A stretch of DNA of 61,942 bases, the filler included, from Jimgerdemannia flammicorona (taxonomy: Eukaryota): assembly GCA_003990765.1 (NCBI GenBank). It is 3 parts of 3 records of this genome, joined end to end, with 100 filler letters (N's around TTAATTAATTAA, not from the genome) between each part and the next. Parts side by side here need not be neighbours in the genome. Positions count along the whole stretch, not along the records: positions 20,684 to 41,265 come from RBNJ01001646.1; 2 more parts are not named here. One strand, given 5' to 3'. The position numbers were made by a program, and so were the translations under genes. Within the stretch, counting starts at the first letter, position 1. The number at the start of each line of letters is the position of its first letter. Positions 25,001 through 36,761 of the stretch are shown here, piece after piece. A model generated the notes under the pieces. It was not told where the DNA came from. It made no database searches and worked only from the letters and a program-made list of their open reading frames with translations.

Positions 25001-25770
25001 ATTGGAGGTAGAGGAGTTGTAATATATATTACAAGTAGTGAAGAGCATACAAGTGTAGGGTATAGTAGTTAAGTTATAGTAGTAGGGTCTAGAGGAAGGA
25101 GAGAGACTGACAAGGTTTCTATTGAGACTTCTTCAGATAAGAAGAGTATATCAATGCTAGAATAGAGTGTTAGATGAGAAGAGAGAGATAGTAGTAGAAA
25201 CCCAGAATATTTTGAATCAGTTGAGTGAGAGGTGAGGAATGCTGTAGAGTGAGGAGAAGAGAGGTAAGAATGTGTGGACAATTGAGTACTATCTAGAGGA
25301 CTGGTATCTGGCTCCAGTGGAAGAGCTAAAAGAGAGGAGATTCTCAAGGTCTTAGTAGAGACTAGTCTCAGGATAGACTATCCTGAGACTTCTGAAAATG
25401 AATGATAGGAGTAGAGATAGTCCTAAAGAAACTATAGCTAATATATAATGAGATCATTAATTCTGGGATATGGCTAGAGAGTCAGTGTCTAGAACTAGTG
25501 GCTCTGCTGTTTAAAGATATAGAGAGAAGGAAAGAGTAAAAAAACTGGTAACTGATTATATTACTGGATATAGATTAAAAGCTAGTCACAAAGGTCATTG
25601 TGATATAGCTGCAAGATATAGTCCAGAGAGTACTGGGTGAGGAGTAGTGGGGCTCTATTTGATTTGGAATGAGACTGCCTTTATCTATAGTATTATTGAA
25701 GAGATCAGGATAGTAGGGGTAGATGGATGGCTGGTTTTTCTTAATTAGGAGAAGATATATAACTAGATAT

Positions 25771-26266
25771 TATAATGTAGTAGATGCTTACTCTTGAAAG
25801 TATGTCAGATTTCTGTATCTTGAAAACTTAACTGTTCTGACTCTCACAGAGTCTCTTGAAATTGCAAGGGAGGGTGGGTGAGTTCGAAGTATATCTGCCC
25901 ATAGGCTAACTAGTTCCTTTGCTATTTCTTTGCTTTGAACTATTTCAATCTGAGGTTTATTCACTCTAAGATACTGAGTTATTTATACAAGTTTTGCTAG
26001 CTATAAGATGGCTAAGTTATGACTATGTTTTCTGTGAGTCAGCAAGTGTAAATTCTCTACATCTGCCAGAATCTTTACAATCATGAAGGATTTACATCTG
26101 TAGAATTTTTACAGTTGCCAAATTTTCTATGAATGTTAAAGTTTCTATACTTGTAAAATATGACTGCTATTTGTAAGGCTAAGTTATATTGGGAATTGGA
26201 TTCAGGTACCATGATCAAATATCTAATTCCCCTGATTCATATTACTAATTCAGATTGATCATCACA
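25771..26266 (-). repeat. 3' LTR of the Gypsy element
   Basis: Ungapped 496-bp match to 32038-32533. Adjacent purine tract ATTCAGGAGGAAGT on the minus strand (26267-26280) is the PPT. Confidence 0.95.
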
Positions 26267-26769
26267 ACTTCCTCCTGAATAGGTGATTCATCCCTGAAGT
26301 ATCCTATTCACTCAAACTCCCAGGCTTCTATGATCTGTATCTCCTTGTACTGTACAATTTGCACCATCATGTTCTTCCAATATTGTCTCCTAATCTGTCT
26401 GAAATCTCCTGGGATTACTTCTTGAAGATAAGCTAGAGCTGACTTGTCATCTTTGAATAATTTGTGCACTCTCTTGGTGATTGTGATCTGAATGTAGGTG
26501 AGCTGACATTCTTTAATCCAGTCTTCTTTCTCCATCTTCAGATTTGAATTCAGTAGTTGTCCTAGCTTGAAGTATTCCTGAAACTCAGTTCATGTCTGGT
26601 AGGCTTTGAAGTGTGAAATTCATAATAGTTGAATCTGGACTATACTTTGTATACTATCAAAGGATTCATCCATTGTTGGTGGTTCAGTAGAACATCATTG
26701 TCTCTCTATGGCTTGTTGGGCAGCACTGGTGATCTTGAGGGCAGCTGCATTACTTTGTTGGCTGGTCAT
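26245..26769 (-). pseudogene. Gypsy extra ORF (ORF3) of unknown function, about 174 aa when restored
   Basis: MTSQQSNAAALKITSAAQQAIERQ*CSTEPPTMDESFDSIQSIVQIQLL*ISHFKAYQT*TEFQEYFKLGQLLNSNLKMEKEDWIKECQ...IEAWEFE*IGYFRDESPIQEEVVMINLN*. All four internal stops are TGA, consistent with CGA deamination. Confidence 0.7.
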
Positions 26770-27950
26770 GATACTTCTTGAGTCTGTTTCGGTAGATAGT
26801 AGTGGGGATGATTGTGCCTGAGAGTTTTTGTAGCCAAAAGGTGGTCCCTTTTATATCTTGCACAAGGTAAGGTCCTTCCCACTTGGGCTCCAGTTTTCAT
26901 GACCATGAAGCTTCTACCATATTCCAATATACTTCCTATCTTGATAATCTCCAGGGGTTTGTGGGTCTTTTCTGCATTCCTCCATTATAGTATCTGCACC
27001 TTGGTTATGTAATCCTCAGCCTTCTTTCTGATTTGGTATAGTTTCCATATTTCCGTGTCTATATGTTTCCATATAGCATCTCCATTAGATGATAGGGTTC
27101 TCTGAGAATATTCTTCTCTGAACAGCATTTCTCGAGGGATAAAGTGGGTACTTTGTGATCAGATATTCTGGAGAGTAGATAATACTATTGGCAGATAGTG
27201 ATCCCAGTTCTTGTAGTTATTGCAGATCTTGGCAATAACATTTTTGAGGGTCTTGTTGGTCTTTTCTACTTGTCCATTTCCTTAAGAGTGATATGCTGTG
27301 GTCTGAATATGCTGGATCTTGTACTTCTTGTAGAGAACTTCGAAGAACTGATTTACAAATTCTGTTCCTCTATCTGTGGTTACATGCAATGGGGTCTTGA
27401 ATTGGCAGATGATTTCTTTGTGGAAGAAATCAGTGATTGACTATGTATTGGCTTCCATGAGGGGTCCTGCTTCTATCCATTTTGTAAAAAGGTCTACAAT
27501 GACAATAATGTATCGGTTGCCAGTCAAAGTCAAGGGTAGAGGGCCAATTACATCCATTGCAATGTGGGCAAATGGTACTGGTTCTATGTATGCTGATCCT
27601 GGGGCTCGATTTTGTTGGTCTTGTTTCTGTTTCTGGCATTTGTCACAGGTCTTGACAAATTGTCTGATATCTTCCTCTATCCCTGGCTACCATATTGTTC
27701 TTCTTGTCTTGTCATAAGTATTCATTCCTCCTAGATAGCCAAGTTCGTATACTGATTTCATCGCTTGCTCCTTCTTGTGTTCTGATATGACTAGTAGTTT
27801 TCCTTTCTTTAGTGTTTCTCCATCAGTTTCGAATTGTTTCCATGTTCTGTTAATAATCATTTATGTCCATTCTTCCAGATGTTGGGGCATTTTTCACTGT
27901 CCCAGATATGTGATAATTCCATAGTAGAGCTCCTTATTCATGATTGATTT
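26750..27950 (-). pseudogene. Gypsy integrase
   Basis: VKTCDKCQK zinc finger (about 27635-27660), IAMDVIGPLPLTLTGNRYIIVIVD core, and KWEGPYLV (GPY/F) near 26860-26885. Ends RLKKYHDQPTK* at about 26750. Confidence 0.92.
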
Positions 27951-27979
27951 GTTGGTTGGAGGTAGTTTGGGATGTCTGT

Positions 27980-29490
27980 GAGAGGGCATCTGCATTGGCA
28001 TTGGTTCTTTCAGAGTGGTGTACAATGGTTACATCATAAGCTTGCAACTTCATTATCTATCTGGCATAGATTCCTTTGGGTTGTCTGGTTGTCAGTAGCC
28101 AGGTGAGAGCTGAGTGGTCTATTTGGATGGTGAAGTATCTTCCAGCCAAGTAGTAGTGGAACTTTTCTACAGTCCAGATGACTGCAAGGCATTCCAACTT
28201 ATAGGATTCATATTCTTTTTCAGCTCCTCGGGTTCTGCGGCTGAGGTATGTGATGACATACTTCACTTTATCTTTCTTTTGAGCTAGGACTGCTCCTAGT
28301 CCTTATGCACTTGCATCAGTCTGTAGAATGAATTCTTGAGTCCAGTCAAGTCTTCTGAAGATAGGTGCCTGGGTCAGTCTAACCTTGAGTTCATTAAATG
28401 CTTTTTGTTGTCTGTCAGTCTACTGGAACTTAGTATTCTTCTTGTTAAGTTCATAGATTGGTCCCGCAATATTAGAAAATCCTCTAATAAATCTGCAATA
28501 ATAGGAGGCAAGTCCTATGAAGGCTTGGGCTTCTGTAACAGTGGTGAGTCTTGGGTATGCTGCCACTACTTGTATCTTGAGAGGGTCCATGTATGTTCCA
28601 TCTCAGTTGATAATGTGACCAAGATAGGAGATCTTGATTTCTGCGAATTTGCATTTCTTGGTCTTAATGTATAGACCATACTCTCTCAGTCTTTCCATCA
28701 TCTGTTGGATGTGCTGCAGGTGTTCTTCTGGTGTCTGGCTGTAGATGATTATATCATCAACATAGATCATCATCCATCTTCCCATATCATAGTGGAAGAT
28801 TTTGTTCATCATTCACTAGAAACTTGCTGGTGTATTACACATTCCAAATGGCATTTGTAGGTAGACATAGGTTCTATCTGGGGTGATGAAAGCTGACTTT
28901 TCACTTGCTATATCTGTGAGTCCAATTGGGTGAAATCCTGAGTATAAGTCCAAAGTGCTGTAGTACTGTACTTCATCTCCCAGAGTTATGAGGATGTCAT
29001 TAATGAGGGGCAGTGGTTGGCAATCCTTCTTGATAACCATATTGAGCTTTCTGTAGTCAACACAGAGTCTTGGGGTGAATTCTCCAGGCTTGCTGCCCTT
29101 TTTCGGGACTAGTACAACAGGTGAGGACCAGGGGCTGCTGGCTTCTTTAATGATGCCAGCTTCTTCCATCTGCTTGATTTCTTCTCTGAGCCATTCTTGG
29201 TAGGCTGGTGGGACAGGTCTTGCCTTCTGATAAATTGGTTCGGTGTCTCTAGTATCTACTTCATGATAGTAGTGTGGGGTCTTTCCTTTGATATCCTTGA
29301 AATCTGTGGCAAGGACATCTTCAAATTCGTGGAGTATTTTCTTGAGTTCTTTCTTGAGTGGAAATTCATTTCCTATGGTATAGCTGTGCTTGCTTGTGTT
29401 TTCCTCCTTCTTATGCTCGAGTTTGGTGATCTTGGTATTGGTGAATACTACTCTTTCTATAGATCCAAATCCTTTCTTTTCTCTTTTCAT
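27980..29490 (-). pseudogene. Gypsy reverse transcriptase and RNase H
   Basis: SSPWSSPVVLVPKK, RLCVDYRKLN, LDLYSGF, MPFGMCNTPASF and IYVDD. RNase H motifs LQTDASA, KLECLAVIW and DHSAL. Confidence 0.96.
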
Positions 29491-29523
29491 TTCCTCCAGC
29501 TTCTTAACTTCTATGATCTTTGG

Positions 29524-29870
29524 TTATAGGATCAGAAAGATCAAAATTTGTACCAATCGGTCCTTCTTCTTGACTGGAAATGGGATTGTAGGATTGTGAT
29601 TCCTAGTAATGAGTAGAATTTCTCCAGTATAGTCTGAATTGATGACTCCTCCTTCAATTGTGATTTCACTTCTAGCCAGGCTACTTCTTGTCTTGAGAAT
29701 CCCAACATAATCCTTTGGGATGGTCATCTCCAGTCCAGTTGTGAGTAGGGTGGTTGTCTGGGGTTCTAGTATAGTCTCTTCTACTGTAGCGATGTCCATT
29801 CTGGCTGCATTTTCTGACTTATATTCTGGCAAGACTGCATCAGAGTGAATCTTTCGAATCTTGACCTTGA
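29524..29870 (-). pseudogene. dUTPase domain within Gypsy pol
   Basis: Trimeric dUTPase motifs AARMDI (AAGxDL), RSSLA, GGVINSDYTGEI and DRLVQIL in ORF 29524-30186. Confidence 0.93.
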
Positions 29871-30189
29871 TTTCTTCTTCATCATCACTGTCCTTCAGGA
29901 GGGCTGGTGGTTTGTCATCTTCCTTCTTCTCTTCTTCTCTGGCCTGTTTCTCACGGACTTTCTGTCTTCTTTCCTCATAGATCTTCTTAATTTCGATGGT
30001 GCACTGATAGCAATCATTGGTGTGCTCCATACAATACATCTTGATCCTATGGGGACAGACTCCTTGTAGTGCATAGCCTTCTGCAATCTTCTTGTACCAT
30101 TCTTCTTCACTCATCCATCTAACTTTCTTCTTCTTTGGAGTAGTCATCATATAAGTTTCCTCTTGCTCACTCTCTTCTTCCTCCATATC

Positions 30190-30580
30190 AGACAGGACTC
30201 CTTTGTTGATATTGATGGGAATTCATATCTTCTATCTCCAGTAAGTGATCTTCTTCTGAGCATTAAGATCGATTACTGCCTTGGCTTTGTGAAGCTATTG
30301 ATTGCTGATGAGGATGTCATAGTTGGTGGCATTGATTACAATTACATCTACTGGGATAGTTGCTCCTCCAATCTTGACAGGAACATCTCGGATTTTTCCC
30401 AGAGGTGTGGCTCTTGTGCCATTGGCTGTGATGAACACTAGCTTAGTTGCTTCTTCTACATCTCAACCTAGGCAGTCTGCTGTCTTCTTGCTGAGGAGAC
30501 ATCCTCCTGCTCCAGTATCAATGATGGCTTCAAAAATTCTATCTTCAATTTGGCATGTTGCATAAGCAGAGGTTTTGCGA
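30190..30580 (-). pseudogene. Gypsy aspartic protease
   Basis: FEAIIDTGAGGCLLS at about 30490-30535. Confidence 0.9.
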
Positions 30581-30599
30581 TTGTCCTCACTTTCTTCTT

Positions 30600-31923
30600 C
30601 TGAGTCCTCTTGAATGTTATTGGCCTCAGTTATCTTCCATCCTTGTTCCTTGGTTGTTTTGGCAAGTCCAAACCTCATTTGCTATCTGAATGTTGGGATT
30701 TCTGTGAGCTGACCAAAGGTTGCATTGACCTTTTGTTGACTGAGGTCCTTGAAGATATCATACTTGAAGGTCTTAGTCTTGCAAAGCTTTTTTTCTTTTT
30801 CTCCTTCACTGGCTGGAGTGGTTCCTTGGATGATATCTTGAACTGCTTGCTCCAGCTCTATATCTTAGTTCATCTCTTCAGCTTGGCTTTCTGTGGCAGT
30901 TTCTATCTGCTTTTCCACTGGGTTCTTCTTGGGTCTTTCTGGCAGTCTCTTGTAGGGTTCTTTGCAAACATCCTTCTTGGTGGTCTGAGTAGGATAGGCC
31001 TCCCATTCCTCTTCATCAGATTCTCCGATTTCTTCAAAGGTGATTGTGTTAGCCTGTTCCTTATTTCTAGTAGCATTGCTTGGTTGGGCCTTGCACTTGG
31101 TTTCACTCATACATTCATATGAATAGTAACCTTCTTCTCCACAGCTGTAGCAGGTACCTTTCTTCTTGTCTGAGGTGGTGGCAAACTTCTGAACAGGGTG
31201 GCAGTCTCTTCCTTGAATTTCCTTTACCACATCTCCCAGGTGGGCAGTCATTTTGGCAAACCTTTTGGCAAGTTCCTCCATAGGGTCACTGTTCTTTTGC
31301 TGCTCTGTAGCTTTTGGCTGAGGTGTGTTTCAATTGATCATTGTGGTAGGGATCACACTGGTTGCCTTGGGTGCTTCAATTTTGACTCCCATGACCCTTT
31401 CCATTGTATGGTCTTGTGGATGTCTGGCTATCCAGTATTGCTGAGCATAGGTGACCTTCTGTAGCAGATCCAGAATCACTAGTGATGAGTGGATGGCCAT
31501 GGCTATCTCTGGGTGGACTCCTTTTATGAAGGTTGCTTCAGCTACTTGGTCTTGGATAGCATCGGCATAATCTGCAAGGATTATCTGATATTGGATTCTG
31601 GTATAGAATGTGTTTGGATCTTTGCTCATTCCTTGGCATGTTGTATTGAGCTGATCCTTCAGAGCTTGCTTGATCTTATCTATATAGTAGATGTTTCAAA
31701 GCCAGGTCTTCTGTACCATCAGTGTAGCATCAGCATCATTTCCCACATGGTTCGCAGCTGTGAATGCTGCTCTTACAGGGCCTCATAGGCTAAAGGGCAT
31801 ATGGGCTACTTGCTGTACTGCTGTTAGGGTTCTTACAGCAGCATACTCCTCGAAATCATCAATGAAGGTGATGATTGATTCATCTGAGGTATATCCATAG
31901 AATACTAGTGGTCTCATATCCAT
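30600..31923 (-). pseudogene. Gypsy gag
   Basis: MDMRPLVFYG...FIDDFEEYA capsid-like region, ATFIKG motif, and zinc knuckle CYSCGEEGYYSYEC at about 31110-31155. Confidence 0.88.
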
Positions 31924-32014
31924 CTTGTCTGGGTATTGGGACTCAGTTTGTATGGTTGTTCAGGTAGTGGCAGTTATTCATTGTTCAGCTTGAAAGTGAG
32001 GGATTCATCTTGAA

Positions 32015-32034
32015 TCACCAGCCAATGGGCACCA
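32015..32034 (-). promoter_or_regulatory. Primer-binding site of the Gypsy element
   Basis: TGGTGCCCATTGGCTGG on the minus strand, 3 nt inside the 5' LTR end. Cognate tRNA not identified. Confidence 0.75.
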
Positions 32035-32037
32035 AGT

Positions 32038-32533
32038 TGTAATATAGCAGACACTTACTCTTGAAAGTATGTTGGATTTCTGTATCTTGAAAACTTGACT
32101 GATCTGACTCTCACAGAGTCTCTTGAAGTTGCAGGGGAGAGTGAGTGAGTTCGAAGTATATCTGCCTACAGACTTACTAGTTCCTTTGCTATCTCTTTGC
32201 TTTGAACTATTTCAATCTGAGGTTTATTCACTCTAAGATACTGGGTTATTTATACAAGTTTTGCTAGCTATAAGGTGGCTAAGTTATGACTATGTTTTCT
32301 GTGAGTCAGCAAGTGTAAATTCTCTACATCTGCCAGAATCTTTACAATCATGAAGAATTTACATCTGTAGAATTTCTACAGTTGCCAAAGTTTCTATAAA
32401 TGTTAAAGTTTCTACACTTGTAAAATATGACTGCTATTTGTAAGGCTAAGTTATATTGGGAATTGGATTCAGATATCATGATCAAATGTCTAATTCCCCT
32501 GATTTATATTACTAATTCAGATTGACTGTCACA
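32038..32533 (-). repeat. 5' LTR of the Gypsy element
   Basis: TGTGAC...TTACA termini on the minus strand; about 93-94% identical to the 3' LTR by manual count. Confidence 0.95.
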
Positions 32534-35500
32534 GTATAGAGAGTATGGTTAGATAGAGTGCTGAAATATATTAGCATCTCTCTAGACATTTAGTACTTCT
32601 TAATTAGTCTATTGAAGGAGAACAGAGTAGCTATCTTTGTCAATGGCCACTAGAGGGTATCTTTCTCTTTAGATAGAGAAGTGCTATAGAGAGACCCTTT
32701 ATTATCTATTCTCTATACTCTCTCTTTAGTAGAACTCTTACTGGACCAGATAAGATATAGGATAGAGAAGTTAATAGTACTGAAGATAAATTGAAAGATA
32801 GGAGTCTTTATAGATGATATATATATATAGTGGTCAGACTGGGCTCTATAGAGAATATAGCTATATTGAAAAGAGAAGTAGAGTAGTATAAGGGGTGCTC
32901 TGGGGCCAAACTCAACTGATATAAATGTGAGACATTAGTACTTAGTAGTGGAGTGGTAAAAGGGGATGTGATTGAAACAATTGTTCTAGTAGAAGAAGTG
33001 GTCCAGTATTTAGAGATTTATTTCTTGGTATATAACTCATAATTGTCCAGAGTATAGTAGGAGTAGAGATTAGCAGAGTGGGAAAATACTCTTCTAGGCT
33101 AGAGTGGTCATAGTATCTCATTGACAGAGAGAGTAATAGTGCTAAATATATACTGGTTGCCTAAGTTATAATATTTGAGATATTATCTAAACTTTCTTAT
33201 ATGTATAAGTAGTGAAGAGACTTTTGAAGATTATTAGATCTTAGATTTGAACTAGATAATATAGTTAGATAGGCTGAGATATATTGATACTACTGGTGAG
33301 TTAGAGAGAACTTAGACTTATTGACTTTATAAAGTATCTATATTGCTTGAGAGTGTGATGGTTAAAACAGACCAGTGAGCCAAGTGGTCAGAGTAGAGTA
33401 TCTCTTATGCAAAAGGTCTGAGAGATATAATTCTCTCCCAAAGAGATCTCTGGAGACTTACTGTCCTTGATAGTACTAGATAGTAGTTATTAAATATAGT
33501 ATAAGAGCTTCTAGTGGGAGGTAGTAGATAGAGCCCAATGAATTGAAATCTACTGATATAGTAATAAGGAAGAGATGACCTAGAGATTAGAGATGTGAAG
33601 ATGAGATCATCTTCTATTAGAGGGTTCTCCAGTAATTAACTTTTAGCTAAAAGATAGTATAGAGTATCAGCATAGGCAGAGTAGAGACCTGTGATCTAAG
33701 AGTTGGTAAGGGGTGAAAATTAGTAAAGCTTAAAACTAAGTAAATATTTAATTATAGAGAGATAAAGTATCAAGATTACTTCTACAAAAGTTCTAGATAG
33801 TATAGTAGCAACTCTTATGATGAAATATAATACTGAACTTTAAATCAGAATATTTGATAGAAGAGAGATTATTCAAATGTGAGAAGTGCTTCAATGTTGA
33901 GCAGGAGAGTAGAGTAGTATAGATCTTAGAGTATTGACTAGAGGAGTACAAGATATTGTTGGACTTCTGGTTGACTATTGAGGACTAGCTGAGGATATAG
34001 CTATCAGGTGAGATAGATAGAGAGCAGTGGAGAGCCCTTTAGTCTCAACTAATAGAAGAGTTGGTGATAAGTAACTTTCTGTGAGTTGGGTCCTTATAGA
34101 ATAGATTGATCTTTCTGGACATTAGCTATTTGTCTTTGAGAATAGCCAGAGACTATTACTGAGTATAAGGTGACAAGATGAGAGTGGTTATTGATAGAAT
34201 TATTAAATAGGTGGTGGGTAGAGTAGAGCCTCAGGAGGAGTCTGCACTAAGGACTTATAGAGCAGATCTATTAAAAAAGTAAAGAGAGAATTTAGACAAT
34301 TGGGGAAGCAGTTGAATTTCATAAAGAAGGAGTTAGAGGAGGAGCCCTGTGGGGGGGTTGAGTAGAGAATTAGACCTTACTATAGTATTGTATAAGTATA
34401 GATTAGTTTAATAATAAATAAGAAAGTCTGAGTAATTATTAAAAAAAAAAAAAATTTTAATAAATAATAAAAAAAAAAAAAAAAGTAAATATATACTATA
34501 GTATAACTAGATAATATATAAAAAATTCTTAGTATAGTTATCTCATATAATTACTATATATATTATTAATTTATATAAATAATTAAATATACTGAATAGA
34601 GTATACTAATCTCTAAAGAATACTTATCTTATGTAAAATACTTATCTTATATAGAAATATCAGTTCTATAAGAAACACTCAGTTATATCTTCTCTAAATT
34701 AGTCTTACTATATTTTTATAATTATCTAAATAATAACCAAATAGTAACCATACTTATATAAAATACTTTAGATATTCAAGTGAATAAATCTCAGTTCAAA
34801 AAGTTAAAGAAAAAAGCAAAAGACAAGTCTATCTATAATATACATACTTTAAGAGATATATCTGCTAAGAGCTATTTATCTAAGGAAAAGATTACAATAC
34901 TTAAGAGAAATACTTACTCTAAAGCCACTATTAAGAAAATTATAAGCTTTATTATCTTTTTCACTTTGGTCTACTTTCTGATATAAGAAAGTCTGTCAAT
35001 TTTGATCTGCTTATCAGATTAAGATGAAAAAGATATATATAACAAAGCTGGTTTAATATATAGATGTATCTTCATAGTGAACTTCATATAAATGAAGCAG
35101 TCATCTAATATAACTTTGCCAGTCAACAAAAAGAGAATTACTGCTGATTTGGTCTATTTACTAGATTAAGTCAGAAGAGAAGTCTGCCATATTTTGGTCT
35201 ACTTACCAGATAAAGCTAGAAGATTTGCTGTCCAAGTTCAAGTGAAGAGCTTAGCTACTATTTCCAAATCTGCCATATTATGCAGAATCTGTGCCCATTA
35301 AGAAAATCACTAAAATTTCTCATATATACAAATATAAGAGAACTTGCACTTTTTGAAACCAACTGTTACTTTTTGACAAAGTAACTGAGGGCTCAAGTCA
35401 ATCTACATAGCCATCCAACTCTTGTAATTTGCCTCCATTGAGCTGGTATATTACAATACTCATTGCTTTTTAACAATTGTTGGCACATGACTGAGTGTGT

Positions 35501-35699
35501 GCTAGTGGATCTCAGTAAGTAATAAGCCAATTTAGATACTCAGTGAATCTGATTTTATGAAAGAATCGACACATTTACCCAATTCTTCTATGTAGAGCCG
35601 ATCCGTTCCAGCATAAATGAATATCCAGCTTTCGCTACATTGAAGAGGACACCTGCGTGGAGATCCTTCTGTCTTTTCTAGTCAGGGCACGGTAAAACT

Positions 35700-36761
35700 T
35701 CATCGAAATAAAGAAGTGATGCATTCAATGACTATTGCTATCTTCCTTACCGCCCTATGACAATAAATGTTAGAGCTGACGCATCGACCAATAGACTGAT
35801 GAGCTGACCGTAGGTCGTCATCAACAACTCTTTAGGAAACCTGGTCTGTAATGTCCAAATACTCTGGAATTTCAGGCACACGGCAAGATGTTGAAATCCG
35901 TTCGGCGTCTGTCACTGCGTTCCTTGCTACCTTGTGCAAAAAACCTCCACAGGGACCCTCCACAGGGACCCTCCCATATTCTCTCCGCATTGCTTTTATA
36001 AACACGTCAAAAATATGTTAGTTCAGAATAACGCAATTCGGCAATGGTCATGGTTTACACCACTGTCAAATGTTCTGCAAATTTAGCAATTTCTCGGTAG
36101 CTCAACATACTCATCTGCAGTGAAGCAGGACAAAAATATATCACCAATACCGCCTACTGAAGGATTCAAAGTAGCATGATACAAGCTCATTTCCTCAATA
36201 TTCGCGCAGTCGATAATCATTTTCCAGAACATCCCCAAAGCAAGCGGGTTATCATTGATGCGTTCTAGAAACTCCATAAACGGCCACCAGTTCAAATACT
36301 CAAGGCCCACGTTTTTTGGGAGATGCTGCATCAGGTCCAAACTCGGGTAAGGGGCATGGTTGGAATCCGACGGATGCCTCTCAGCGCCGTGGCTGCGGTA
36401 GGCGGTAGCAGAAATTAGATTGTCTGTTGGTACCGATTCCGTCAGGTTTCTGCTAACCATTAGGCGAATATTCATGACTGGCTTCCCACGACCTCGGCGT
36501 TGTGCAGCGAACTCCGCAACGGCGGTGCGGAGAATATGAGCGATTTTAGGCCCGTACAAGTCGAGTGTGGCCTGCGCCTCCGGGTAGACCGCCAGAGGTG
36601 CATAATTGGTATTGGTGAGGGGAGGGCTAATTTGGTTAGACATATCTACCAGCGACGAGGACGGTAAAATGTTCTGTGGGCATTTGTAAGTTAGGAAACA
36701 ACCTTGTGATGGCCTTTATATTTGTCGTCCGGCAAAAACGGGGAGACAAAGGGGTTACCAT
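35700..36761 (-). CDS. Spliced host-like gene of unknown function, apparently disrupted in exon 3
   Basis: Lies in CpG-rich DNA. Proposed exons: ATG at 36761-36759, then 36673-36111 (contains most of the 186-aa ORF), 35992-35809 and 35754-35700. All three introns have GT...CTAAC...AG. Exon 3 has a 13-bp tandem duplication and an in-frame TAA. Confidence 0.6.

Larger units (their letters stand above)
25771..32533 (-). mobile_element. Full-length Ty3/Gypsy LTR retrotransposon (gag-PR-dUTPase-RT-RH-IN-ORF3)
   Basis: Two 496-bp LTRs, PBS, PPT and the domain order PR-RT-RH-IN. 4-bp TSD ATAT (25767-25770) / GTAT (32534-32537), differing by one transition. Inserted in the RT of LINE copy 3. Confidence 0.96.
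22011..34484 (+). mobile_element. Tx1/L1-like LINE copy 3, full length, split by the Gypsy insertion
   Basis: ORF1 at about 22160-23900 and endonuclease region from about 23990. RT continues on both sides of the Gypsy (EKxYNxV / VWLDRVL). Poly(A) at 34441-34484. TSD AAGTAAATACTATAGTATA (21992-22010) vs AAGTAAATA[TATA]CTATAGTATA (34483-34505). Confidence 0.9.

Noticed and set aside
27198..31900. Numerous plus-strand ORFs
   Set aside because: Antisense shadows of Gypsy gag-pol.
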